This document shows, one piece after another, positions 10,241-19,467 of a DNA stretch of 64,000 bases (its first letter is position 1; each line of letters opens with the position of its first letter). Below the pieces are notes generated by a model. The model was given only the letters and a program-made list of their open reading frames with translations. It was not told where the DNA came from and made no database searches. Made by a program: the position numbers and the translations under genes. The stretch comes from Promethearchaeota archaeon (lineage in GTDB: Archaea; Asgardarchaeota; Lokiarchaeia; Sigyniarchaeales; SOKP01), in contig JAHPZA010000003.1 of assembly GCA_019058445.1 (NCBI GenBank), positions 64,001-128,000 of the forward strand, read 5' to 3'.

Positions 10241-11017
10241 CTAGGGAAGTAGAATTCCGAATTTTTTCTTGTAGAAATATATAACGATAAAAGTTATACC
10301 CAGAATGTAGAAAGACAAGACTGCTGTGGCAAGCTCGGGAAAGATATCTTCCGTTCCTATTATTACATTGATATGTGAGAATGACTCAAAGCTGCTTATA
10401 AAAAGCAAATAAAACAAAAACCCCCAAAACATATACCTTTTAGAAACAGCGATTTTACGGTGAAAAACAAGAAATAATTGGAAACTAGCCACAAGTCCAT
10501 ATAAAACAGGACCTGTAAAAAAGCTATATATATCTGTAGCTACTCGAATTGAACCAATCGAAATCATAATAAATCCATATACCGTAATAGATGTAATAGA
10601 ATTAAGTAATACTGACTCAAATTTATTAATGAGCGTTAAAGCAACTAGAATCATTGTTATATATACCGAATATGTCAAGGGTTCGAGCTGTTGTACTATG
10701 AAGAAAAACCATATCCAATACCAAATACATATTCCTAAAAGAGCAATTCCTCCGATGCGCACTCCAGTAGAAAATTCTTTTTGTTCAAGAACTTTTTTCT
10801 TAGGTTCTAAAACATCAGAGTCAAGTGTGCCATAATAACCGTTTAAACCATTAAGAACTGGTTTTTTATCGCCAAACTTTTCATTTAATTTAGCCAATGC
10901 ATACTCTGCAATTTGTTGAATTTGTTCTTCGCTTAAATGTATGTGATCTTCTTCAAATGACGACTTTTTACTTTTAAATTCTATTTTCCTAAGGATATGT
11001 TTTACTCTCTCAATCAA
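10241..11017 (-). CDS. Multi-pass membrane protein, paralog of 7804..8565
   Basis: Soluble N-terminus followed by about 6 TM segments. Ends YKKKFGILLP versus YKKHFKILLP in the paralog. Confidence 0.7.
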   Translation of the reverse strand: MIERVKHILRKIEFKSKKSSFEEDHIHLSEEQIQQIAEYALAKLNEKFGDKKPVLNGLNGYYGTLDSDVLEPKKKVLEQKEFSTGVRIGGIALLGICIWYWIWFFFIVQQLEPLTYSVYITMILVALTLINKFESVLLNSITSITVYGFIMISIGSIRVATDIYSFFTGPVLYGLVASFQLFLVFHRKIAVSKRYMFWGFLFYLLFISSFESFSHINVIIGTEDIFPELATAVLSFYILGITFIVIYFYKKKFGILLP

Positions 11018-11123
11018 TTTTTATTCTTGACTATCTTTATATGAATCTAACAAATCAATTAATGCTCTATTAAAACTATAAAACCGGAATTTAAAAATTT
11101 AAGTAAAAAGAAAATTAGAGATT

Positions 11124-11906
11124 TTATTTTTTAGCACTGATAAACAGTCTATCCAATTTAAGCTGTAATGGATTAGGTTGGTTTATTTCAAAAAGTAATG
11201 CTTTATATCTTTGAATAAACTCATCATGAAGGGATTTAGGCAATACAGCCGCAAATGGTACAAATCCGGCAGCTTTAAAATAATTAATCAAATCTGCATC
11301 ACTTTCAAATTCTACAGTGTACGGGTAGACTTCTACAAAGATTTCCTTAAATTTAACCCCCTTGAGTATTTTTTCAGTTTCTCTCTCAGTAAGGAAACGC
11401 CATGGAGGTTTAAAATTTTTTAAATAGTCCTTAAATTCTATGCCGACTTTGATTAACGCTTGGGAATATGCTGAAATCCGCTTTAAACCCGTCTGAATCA
11501 TGATTCTCCCGTTATTTTTAAGAGATTTGTAGATTAACTTATAAAGTAATTCTTGCTTTCTTATCCAATGAATAGCGCTATTAGAAAATACAGCATCAAA
11601 TTGGTTTTCATAATTCATTTTGATCGCATCTATGTTAACCACCTCAACATTTGTAATTCCGTGATCGTTAAGATTTTCTTTTGCTTGTTTGGTCATTTCT
11701 TTAGAGGATTCAAGTGCAATAATTTTCCCGTATGGTATTCTTTTTGCAAGTAACATAGTGAGAATTCCATTTCCACATCCGATTTCTAAAATATCCTCAT
11801 TATCTTCAGGAAGTAATTTTTCGATTACCCGTAGACCCAGCTCATATTGAACAGGAGAGTGTTTTTGATAGAATTTTGCGTCCCATTTAAGATCAATATC
11901 CTTCAT
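11124..11906 (-). CDS. Class I SAM-dependent methyltransferase (trans-aconitate MTase-like)
   Basis: WDAKFY, ILEIGCGNG, FDAVFSNSAIHW. ATG at 11906 is preferred. Confidence 0.85.
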   Translation of the reverse strand: MKDIDLKWDAKFYQKHSPVQYELGLRVIEKLLPEDNEDILEIGCGNGILTMLLAKRIPYGKIIALESSKEMTKQAKENLNDHGITNVEVVNIDAIKMNYENQFDAVFSNSAIHWIRKQELLYKLIYKSLKNNGRIMIQTGLKRISAYSQALIKVGIEFKDYLKNFKPPWRFLTERETEKILKGVKFKEIFVEVYPYTVEFESDADLINYFKAAGFVPFAAVLPKSLHDEFIQRYKALLFEINQPNPLQLKLDRLFISAKK

Positions 11907-12015
11907 AATAATATTAAATACCCGAATTTCTATAAATTTTATATAATTAAACAAAAATAGAAAAAGATTACAAAATTTAATAACCCACAATTTTAATTAT
12001 ATTAACAACATATCA

Positions 12016-12792
12016 ATGGTGAAAAAAGAAGTGGCAATAGATTACGAACAAGCAGTTAAAGATTTAAAAACGGAATCTGATATAAAGTCTGTAGCGGTTA
12101 TTGAAGGAAAATACAAAATCGTATATTCAACGGAAGATTGGGATATAAGTGGAGATATTAAGAAGCTTGTTGGAATTTGGGACTCAATGCATGGAAAGTC
12201 TTTAACGGTTTCTGAAAATAAATATTCAATCCTTCAAGCTACGCCGGAAAGATTAGTGGCAACTTCAATTAAAGGAAAAGGGCATATTTTGGGAGCTAAG
12301 GATGATGAAAGAAAGGTTATCGTTTATGCAAAACCAAAAGGGAATATGCTGACTGCTTATACTGCTGCTGCCAGAGCATTAGAAGCAATGAGCTCGAAAG
12401 AGCCTTATATGGATGAAAAGACAGAATTAGGAAATGTAGAAAAATTTCCTTCGGAATGGGATACTCCAAGATTAAGAGAAGAAATGATGAAAGGTCTCAT
12501 AGAGTTCTTTACAAAAGGCGGAAAACTTGAAAGAGTTGATGAGACTGATTTAAAGCGCAGAGAAAAAGAAAGAGGACAGAGAATGGAAGAATTAAGTAAA
12601 GTATTACATGCATTAGAAATAACCAAGGAAGAAAAAGATAAACTGGTAAGTATCACAATAAAATCGAAATTTGTTACTGATTACATCTATGATGATTTCC
12701 AACTGTTAAGAGTGAAACATAAAATTGAGAAACTCATTGAGAAAGAGTTTCAAGTGCATGATATTGAGACGAGAATTGTGAAAAAAATATAA
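12016..12792 (+). CDS. Asgard profilin domain with ~130-aa C-terminal extension
   Basis: VAVIEG..IVYSTEDWDISGDI...LTVSENKYSILQATPERLVATSIKGKGHIL matches the Loki profilin pattern (recalled) TENWxIS...KY...TxERxxxT.IxGKGH. Confidence 0.75.
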   Translation: MVKKEVAIDYEQAVKDLKTESDIKSVAVIEGKYKIVYSTEDWDISGDIKKLVGIWDSMHGKSLTVSENKYSILQATPERLVATSIKGKGHILGAKDDERKVIVYAKPKGNMLTAYTAAARALEAMSSKEPYMDEKTELGNVEKFPSEWDTPRLREEMMKGLIEFFTKGGKLERVDETDLKRREKERGQRMEELSKVLHALEITKEEKDKLVSITIKSKFVTDYIYDDFQLLRVKHKIEKLIEKEFQVHDIETRIVKKI

Positions 12793-12834
12793 GGTTACTA
12801 GTTTTTAAGTTAAAATTAAAGCCGAAACAGCAGA

Positions 12835-14268
12835 CTATTTTATTTTTTTAAGATTAGCAAAGTCTACAATATGTTTCGGTATTCTATAACTTGGACTTTT
12901 AATTTGAGCGGCACCACTTTCAATAGCTAATCTTGGCATGCCATACAAAATACATGTTTCTTGGGATTCGGCAATTGTTTTTCCTCCGATTCGTTTAATT
13001 GCCTCTAATCCATCGACACCATCCTCTCCCATACCGGTCAGTAAAATTCCCAAGGTTTTTTTTCGAAAGACTTTACAAGCAGAAAAGAATAACACGTCAA
13101 TTGAGGGAATACAATAATGCACTGGGTCACCTGAAAATATGTGGATACAAGGCTTATTATTTTTAACAAAAATTGACATGTGTCTGCCACCTGGTGCAAA
13201 ATAGACAATTCCTGGTTGAAGATACTCTCCTTCAATGCCTACCTTAATATGAATGGGACAAGTCTCATTTAAACTGCTAATGAAAGAATGAATAAATGGA
13301 TCGCTTAAATGTTGGACTACTAAAATTGGACATGAGATATTAGGAGGAATCTCCTTTAATACGGTTTTTAATGTTCGTGGACCGCCTACACTCGCTCCAA
13401 TAACAATTACATTAGATCCTAAATGAACCCCTTTTAATGGGGTTAGATCGGTTCTTTCTAATACTTTATTTCTTTTTATTTCTTTCTTTAAAATAGATTT
13501 TGATTTATGCGTTAAAGGATGAATTGCGTTTTCTGGTTTTTTGACTGAAATTTTTATCGAATGCTTTGCTTTTTCAGCTTTTGTTTCTTTAACTTCTTTT
13601 TGTTTGATTGATTCTTTAATTCCTTCCTTTTGTATCGACTTTTGCGCCTCAACTTTCTTAGTTTTTGGCTTTATTTTAACTTCTGTTGTTTCATTGGATT
13701 TTTTCACGCTGGTCAAGTCTAATTTATTGGTCTCCTCTGTTTCTAGTATAGGTTTTAATTCATTTATGTATTTACCAAATTTAAAAATCTCACTCACTAG
13801 CTCTTGTCGAATATAGGTCTTTTTAATTATGCTATTTTCTTTTTCAAATATTCTTTTAATTTGGGACTTCGAGGCTAGAAGAACTTTAGCAAGCAGTTCT
13901 TCTTTAAACCTTGGTAAATTTTTTGCTCCTAATCCTCCCGGTTTAATTACATAATCAAAGGCTCCCATTAATAACGCTTGGATTGAAGTATCCATAGTTT
14001 GAGGATTAACTGCTGATAAGATAATTGTCGGAGTAGGATTATAGTCCATTATTTTTTTAAAGGCATCAAGACCGTTCATTTCGGGCATAATTAAATCAAG
14101 GATTAATACATCTGGATGATGTTTTTTTACTAAATTTATTGCCTCTACTCCATTTTTTGCATAATCAGCAATTTTAATTGTTTCATCAATTGAAAGAATA
14201 TTTGTAATCGATTTTCTTAAAAACTCTGAATCATCAGCGATTATAACGCTTATTGTCTCACTACTCAT
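12835..14268 (-). CDS. cheB: Chemotaxis methylesterase CheB with long Lys-rich linker
   Basis: Receiver domain (ADDS, LDLIMP, KP) and methylesterase triad GASVGG / VQHL / GMGEDG. Confidence 0.92.
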   Translation of the reverse strand: MSSETISVIIADDSEFLRKSITNILSIDETIKIADYAKNGVEAINLVKKHHPDVLILDLIMPEMNGLDAFKKIMDYNPTPTIILSAVNPQTMDTSIQALLMGAFDYVIKPGGLGAKNLPRFKEELLAKVLLASKSQIKRIFEKENSIIKKTYIRQELVSEIFKFGKYINELKPILETEETNKLDLTSVKKSNETTEVKIKPKTKKVEAQKSIQKEGIKESIKQKEVKETKAEKAKHSIKISVKKPENAIHPLTHKSKSILKKEIKRNKVLERTDLTPLKGVHLGSNVIVIGASVGGPRTLKTVLKEIPPNISCPILVVQHLSDPFIHSFISSLNETCPIHIKVGIEGEYLQPGIVYFAPGGRHMSIFVKNNKPCIHIFSGDPVHYCIPSIDVLFFSACKVFRKKTLGILLTGMGEDGVDGLEAIKRIGGKTIAESQETCILYGMPRLAIESGAAQIKSPSYRIPKHIVDFANLKKIK

Positions 14269-14333
14269 ATTTTAGAAAACCTCTTTGTTCTTTATTTTTT
14301 TTCTTAATATTTTGTCCCTTACTTTAATGATAT

Positions 14334-15299
14334 TTATATCCCTAAATTTGATGTTAAACACATAAAAAGTTCATCTAAACCCTCTCCTGTCAAAGCGGAA
14401 GTTTCAAAAAATTGAAAGTTATATCGGTCAGCAAATTTGTAGGCATTGCTTCTGATTTCTTCTCTATTCTCTACTTTATCAATTTTATTCCCTACAATTA
14501 TGTAAAGGATCGAAGAATTTTTGATGAAATGGCGGGCTTCTTCAATCCACTCGTTAATCATTCCTAATGTTTCTTGTTTAGAATAATCGAATACAATTAG
14601 AACTGCCTTTGAGTGGTTATAGAAATGCCTACGTATCTTTGCAAAACTTTTTTTGCCTCCTAAGTCAAACAGTGAAAATGTTATTTTCATATCTTTCAAA
14701 ATTTGAAGTTCTTTTTCAATTATTGAAAGACCTATAGTAGGTTTATATTGCTCAATAAATTCACCATTAACAAACATGTTTGCTATGGCACTTTTGCCCA
14801 CATTATCTGGTCCAATTAGTACAATCTTATTTATTGAATTTTTACTATTAGAATGGTTGTTGGATTCTAGTTCTACGTTTCCGCCATTAACAAGATTAGG
14901 AAGTTTCGTCGAAATTTTTCGATCATTTAGAATTTGTGATGCTTTTTCTGCCACAATGTATGAATACGGGATAAATTTGTCAATATCAGAGTAAGCATCT
15001 GCTACTAATACAAATAATGCTCTAGTTGGTCCAACATTTCCCAGTTCTAAATAGAACAAACGATAGTCATTAGTATCAAATGTACCACTGCCATAAGATG
15101 TATCGGCGAATCTTTTAATTTTATTAAGAGCCCCTTCAAGGATGCTCATAATCGCTCCAATAATCTCTTCATTAAAATTTTTTACTGATTGGCGAGCAAT
15201 AATTAATCCATCCAAATCTACAATTAACGTAGCAATTAATTCATCAACTTTTTTCAAAAAATTGGCTAACAATTCTTCTAATAGCGTGACGCGCAACAT
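14334..15299 (-). CDS. Roadblock/LC7 domain fused to Rab-like small GTPase
   Basis: Roadblock N-terminus ATLIVDLDGLIIA...IIGAIMS. GTPase motifs G1 GPDNVGKS, YKPTIG, DLGGK, NKID, ETSAL. Confidence 0.88.
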   Translation of the reverse strand: MLRVTLLEELLANFLKKVDELIATLIVDLDGLIIARQSVKNFNEEIIGAIMSILEGALNKIKRFADTSYGSGTFDTNDYRLFYLELGNVGPTRALFVLVADAYSDIDKFIPYSYIVAEKASQILNDRKISTKLPNLVNGGNVELESNNHSNSKNSINKIVLIGPDNVGKSAIANMFVNGEFIEQYKPTIGLSIIEKELQILKDMKITFSLFDLGGKKSFAKIRRHFYNHSKAVLIVFDYSKQETLGMINEWIEEARHFIKNSSILYIIVGNKIDKVENREEIRSNAYKFADRYNFQFFETSALTGEGLDELFMCLTSNLGI

Positions 15300-15428
15300 T
15301 TTTAATTTATTCTAACTTTAAGTTAGAGAATTTATACTCAAAATCTTAATATTTTAGCTATTTTTAAACTCAATGATAAACAAAAATTTTTATAGCGATA
15401 GAACAACAATAAATTCCTTTCAAATCTA

Positions 15429-16610
15429 TTAAGCTCTAGAAAATTTTGACGCATATCTTACTATATAATCCTTAATGTGGTAATTTGGACTTATTATTTC
15501 GGCAAAACCATATTTGGCTGCAAATTTTGGCATTCCGTAGAGAATAGCTGTTTCTTCAGATTCTGCAATTGTAACCCCTCCCGATTTTTGAATTGCCCCC
15601 AATCCTTGAACTCCATCCTTACCCATTCCAGTTAACAAAATACCTAAAGTATTTTTATTGAATGCTTTTGCTGCCGAATAGAATAACACATCAATAGAAG
15701 GTTTACAAAAATTAACCGGTTCCCCATTAAAGATTCTGATTGTTGGAGATCTTAAGTTCCTATTTTTTACCATAATTTCCATGTGTTTGTCCCCTGGAGC
15801 AATATAAATATATCCAGATTTAATTATTTCACCATTATTTGGAATTTTTACTTTTAACTTGCACAAATCATTCATTGATTCAGCAAATTGATTCATAAAA
15901 AAGAGATTTAGATGTTGTACAATGAATATAGATCCTGGAAAATTTGAGGGAATTCCCTTCAAGATTGATTTTAAGGTTTTGGGACCACCTACACTGGATC
16001 CCATGACTATGATGCATGGTACCTCAGATCCACTCTTAACTTGCGGGATTTTAGATGCTTTTTCTTGAACAACTACTTTTAAATCATGATGATTTGTGAT
16101 TTTAATAGGGACTATTTTCTCTGAATTTAATTTTTTCTCTAAAATTTCTTTTTTAACCTTAATTTCTGAAGCTAAAAGCACTTTATTTATTAACTGCGTT
16201 TTAAATTTAGGAAATTCCTCTTTCCATACTCCAGTAGGTTTAATAATATAATCAAAAGCTCCCAATAGGAGGGTTTGAATCGAATCATTTAATGTTTTTG
16301 ACGCTTCAGAGGGATTGAGAGCAGAAAAAACGATTGTTGGCACGGGATAATGCTTTGAAAGATATCGATATAACGTAATTCCATCCATTTTAGGCATAAT
16401 TAGATCTAAAAGCAAAACATCTGGATTTGTTTTTTCAATTTTTTCGATGGCTTCTTCTCCATTTCTTGCGATATCAACTACTTCGATTTGAGGGTGTTCC
16501 GAAAGCATATCTGATAATATTTTTCTCTGATAAGAAGAGTCTTCTGCTATGAGGACTTTGACCTTCTTATGTGAACTATCCTCAGTTTTCATGTTCTTGA
16601 GAGCACTCAT
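15429..16610 (-). CDS. cheB: Chemotaxis methylesterase CheB
   Basis: Receiver domain (AEDS, LDLIMP, KP) and triad GSSVGG / VQHL / GMGKDG. Confidence 0.92.
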   Translation of the reverse strand: MSALKNMKTEDSSHKKVKVLIAEDSSYQRKILSDMLSEHPQIEVVDIARNGEEAIEKIEKTNPDVLLLDLIMPKMDGITLYRYLSKHYPVPTIVFSALNPSEASKTLNDSIQTLLLGAFDYIIKPTGVWKEEFPKFKTQLINKVLLASEIKVKKEILEKKLNSEKIVPIKITNHHDLKVVVQEKASKIPQVKSGSEVPCIIVMGSSVGGPKTLKSILKGIPSNFPGSIFIVQHLNLFFMNQFAESMNDLCKLKVKIPNNGEIIKSGYIYIAPGDKHMEIMVKNRNLRSPTIRIFNGEPVNFCKPSIDVLFYSAAKAFNKNTLGILLTGMGKDGVQGLGAIQKSGGVTIAESEETAILYGMPKFAAKYGFAEIISPNYHIKDYIVRYASKFSRA

Positions 16611-16677
16611 AAATGATTCTACTTTAGTCCTTTGAATACCTTAAAATTGATTAAAATAAATAGTTTTAAAACTATTT

Positions 16678-17067
16678 CTAGGCTTTGGCCATAGTGTGCC
16701 TTGTTAGAATTTGTTCCACTTGGTCCTTCTTGAAGGGTTTACGAATAAAATCCTTTGCGCCTAGTTGAGTCGCTTCAAGTATTAAATCCTGTTGGCCAAT
16801 TGCAGACACTACAATAATTGATGCTGTTTTATCAAAGTTTAGAATACCTTTAATGGCATCTAGTCCTCCTAGCTGTGGCATGATAAGATCCATAGTAACC
16901 AAATCTGGCTTTAATTTTTTATATAGTTCAATTGCTTCATTTCCATTTTTCGCTTCTGCAATGACTTCAGCAAAATTAGTGCCGTTTATAATGTTCTTAA
17001 GCATGGCTCTAGTGAATCCAGCATCATCAACAATTAATACCTTTTTTTTGTGATTCTCTTTAGACAT
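16678..17067 (-). CDS. cheY: Chemotaxis response regulator CheY
   Basis: Stand-alone receiver: VDDA, TMDLIMP, VSA, KPF. Confidence 0.9.
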   Translation of the reverse strand: MSKENHKKKVLIVDDAGFTRAMLKNIINGTNFAEVIAEAKNGNEAIELYKKLKPDLVTMDLIMPQLGGLDAIKGILNFDKTASIIVVSAIGQQDLILEATQLGAKDFIRKPFKKDQVEQILTRHTMAKA

Positions 17068-17159
17068 GTTAACATTCCCCTAATTTTTCATAAAATTTAT
17101 GATAGGTTAATTTGAAAAATTTTCGTACTTTTTGTGAGTTTAACTAAGACGTACTTTTA

Positions 17160-17208
17160 TATAATTTTGATAAAGTAAGTATTTAAAAAATTAATGAAAT
17201 GCAAAATA
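17160..17208 (-). promoter_or_regulatory. Duplicated promoter-like element upstream of cheY-cheB-GTPase-cheB
   Basis: 47/49 identical to 29012-29060. Contains TTTAAATA, a TATA-box-like sequence, on the minus strand. Confidence 0.7.
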
Positions 17209-17313
17209 GTTGCCCAGAATAACACAAAAAATTTGAAAAAAATTTGATTTAAATATTAATTCTATTTTGGATTTTGAGAGTTTAAGATCAGTAATCTTAT
17301 CTAAATTACTTAT

Positions 17314-17964
17314 CTATTTAATTTTAAGAAGGTCAAATATTATTTTAATAGTATCTATACTTGGAATAAAACAAATTATCCCATCTATACTTAATTCTTC
17401 AATTTTTATATTTGTGTTAATTATTATTATAGAATCTGTGAGCTCTGAATAATTTGCAGCCACTGAATTACATATTGCGCCAATTGAATCTAAAGCTAAA
17501 ACAGGAACATTAGGAATTAGTTTGATGCCCATTAAATTTGCTAATGAGCTTGCATAATGTCCCGCTAATATATTGCCGATTTCAGAAATGATACTCCTCG
17601 TCAAATCATCTAATTCCTCGATTTCGTGTATATCATCAATAGATATCTCAGAAATCGAATTGATCATGTTAATCATGGATTCTTTAGTAAAGATTTGTAG
17701 TACAGTTAAGTTATGCTTTCCTGTTATATTTGAACAAATTCCAAAGATATTAGTTTCTTGATCGGGAAAAATATTATTTAACTCCCAAAAAGGAATGATT
17801 TTAATGCCAGTTAAAGAAACTTCAACTCGCTTATTAACAAGTTCTGATAACGCAACAACAGCATTACCGGACCCAATATTTCCTAATTCTTTTAACGAAT
17901 CTAACTGCTCAGGACTCAATTTTATTGAGTTATTTACCCCTTCAAGACCTTCATTTAATTTCAT
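17314..17964 (-). CDS. cheC: CheC-family CheY-P phosphatase
   Basis: Two E-x-x-N motifs: KELGNIGSGNA and SEIGNILAGHY. Confidence 0.9.
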   Translation of the reverse strand: MKLNEGLEGVNNSIKLSPEQLDSLKELGNIGSGNAVVALSELVNKRVEVSLTGIKIIPFWELNNIFPDQETNIFGICSNITGKHNLTVLQIFTKESMINMINSISEISIDDIHEIEELDDLTRSIISEIGNILAGHYASSLANLMGIKLIPNVPVLALDSIGAICNSVAANYSELTDSIIIINTNIKIEELSIDGIICFIPSIDTIKIIFDLLKIK

Positions 17965-17984
17965 ATTCTTTAAACCTCTAAATT

Positions 17985-18530
17985 TTAATTAATTTTTTTA
18001 GTAATTGTATCTTTGCTTGTTTTTATTTGGATTATATCATCGCCTATATTATATATGATTGTTCTCCCTTTTTTTCCTCCAACTTCCTCAAATAGAATTT
18101 TAATATTTAATGAGCTTAATACTTCTCTTGCGATTTTAATATTTTGCTTACCGATACAGTTAAATTCATTATCAAAAATAGTTGCACCTCCAATCATAAC
18201 TGCTTTTAAATTCTTTAATTTTGCTCCGCTCTGTATCATTTTGTCCACTAAATCTTTTATAGAAGTATTTACAAATTTATGAGGTAATTTTATCTGGGAA
18301 GCTTCTTTATTTTCAGAGGTCGGAAGTAAGACATGGGACATAGCATGTATATGATTTATCGAATCTGTTAACAGAATTGCGATACATGAGCCCAATCCAT
18401 ATATAGAAATCGTTTTGTAGTTTTTATATTTCTTACTCGAGTTTACTAATGCATAATGTGCGATGGGTAAAAAAATCTCTCCGTTTTGATTAGGTTTGAT
18501 TATGCGATCAATTCGTTCTTCATAAACCAT
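17985..18530 (-). CDS. cheD: Chemoreceptor glutamine deamidase CheD
   Basis: GLGSCIA (catalytic Cys), SHVLLP (His), IGGATIF, IGKQNI, EVGGKKGRTI. Confidence 0.9.
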   Translation of the reverse strand: MVYEERIDRIIKPNQNGEIFLPIAHYALVNSSKKYKNYKTISIYGLGSCIAILLTDSINHIHAMSHVLLPTSENKEASQIKLPHKFVNTSIKDLVDKMIQSGAKLKNLKAVMIGGATIFDNEFNCIGKQNIKIAREVLSSLNIKILFEEVGGKKGRTIIYNIGDDIIQIKTSKDTITKKIN

Positions 18531-18544
18531 AATGAATTAACTTT

Positions 18545-19444
18545 TTAACTTTTAATATAAAAATGATTCCTTCCATCAAGTAACTTGAGATTGAGATTGG
18601 AATTTAAAAGAGTTTCAGTTTTTCCAAGGACCAATAATCCGCCATTCGTTAATTTATCTTTTAAAATCTTTAATAGTTTCTCTCTAAAACCTCTATTTAT
18701 ATATATCAATAAATATCTACAAAAAATAACATCATACTTTTGAGATCTTTGATGTCCCTTTGTGACATCCTCTATGATAAAATCTACTTTTTTTTTAATA
18801 TCATTGCAAATTAAATATTTGGGTCCTAATCGATCATGAAATTTAGTAAAATATGCTAATTTATATCTCTCAGGAGTTTCTTTTAAAGCCTCTTCACTAT
18901 AGAATCCCATTCGTGCCATTTTAATAATATTACTATCAACATCAGAAGCAACTAGATCATAGGTAGGAAAATCATTGATTTCTTCCCTTAATTGCTCAAG
19001 CATCATAGCTAGAGAATAAGGTTCCTCGCCTGAGGCACATGCACATGACCAAATTTTCAACCCCTCCTCTTTATAAGCATAATCTCTGCGAATTTTGTCA
19101 TAAATAGAAAGCTTAGAGACATCAATATTATCAGAATAATTTTGAAATTTTCCATTTTTACAAGCAAGAATAATCTGACGAAGTTTTTCATAAATTTCGA
19201 TGTTTCTAAAGAAATAAGTATAATTTATAGTAAACCTGTCCAAAAACAATTCAATTTCTTGGGGATTTGATGAAATATAATCAAGATAACTTTGGTCGGT
19301 TGTCAAACCGACTCGAATCATTCGAGCTTTAATCCTTCTTTCAAGAAAATTCCTTCGATAACATTCAAACTCTATACCGGTTGAATCTTTCAATTTTTCT
19401 ATCAAATTGTTGATGGATTTAGGGTTAAATGCTATACTTTCCAT
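18545..19444 (-). CDS. cheR: Chemotaxis methyltransferase CheR
   Basis: TYFFRN, IWSCACASGEEPYSLAM, YDVIFCRYLLIY, GGLLVLGKTE. Confidence 0.92.
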   Translation of the reverse strand: MESIAFNPKSINNLIEKLKDSTGIEFECYRRNFLERRIKARMIRVGLTTDQSYLDYISSNPQEIELFLDRFTINYTYFFRNIEIYEKLRQIILACKNGKFQNYSDNIDVSKLSIYDKIRRDYAYKEEGLKIWSCACASGEEPYSLAMMLEQLREEINDFPTYDLVASDVDSNIIKMARMGFYSEEALKETPERYKLAYFTKFHDRLGPKYLICNDIKKKVDFIIEDVTKGHQRSQKYDVIFCRYLLIYINRGFREKLLKILKDKLTNGGLLVLGKTETLLNSNLNLKLLDGRNHFYIKS

Positions 19445-19467
19445 TGAATTCTCTTCCTTTAAGAATT

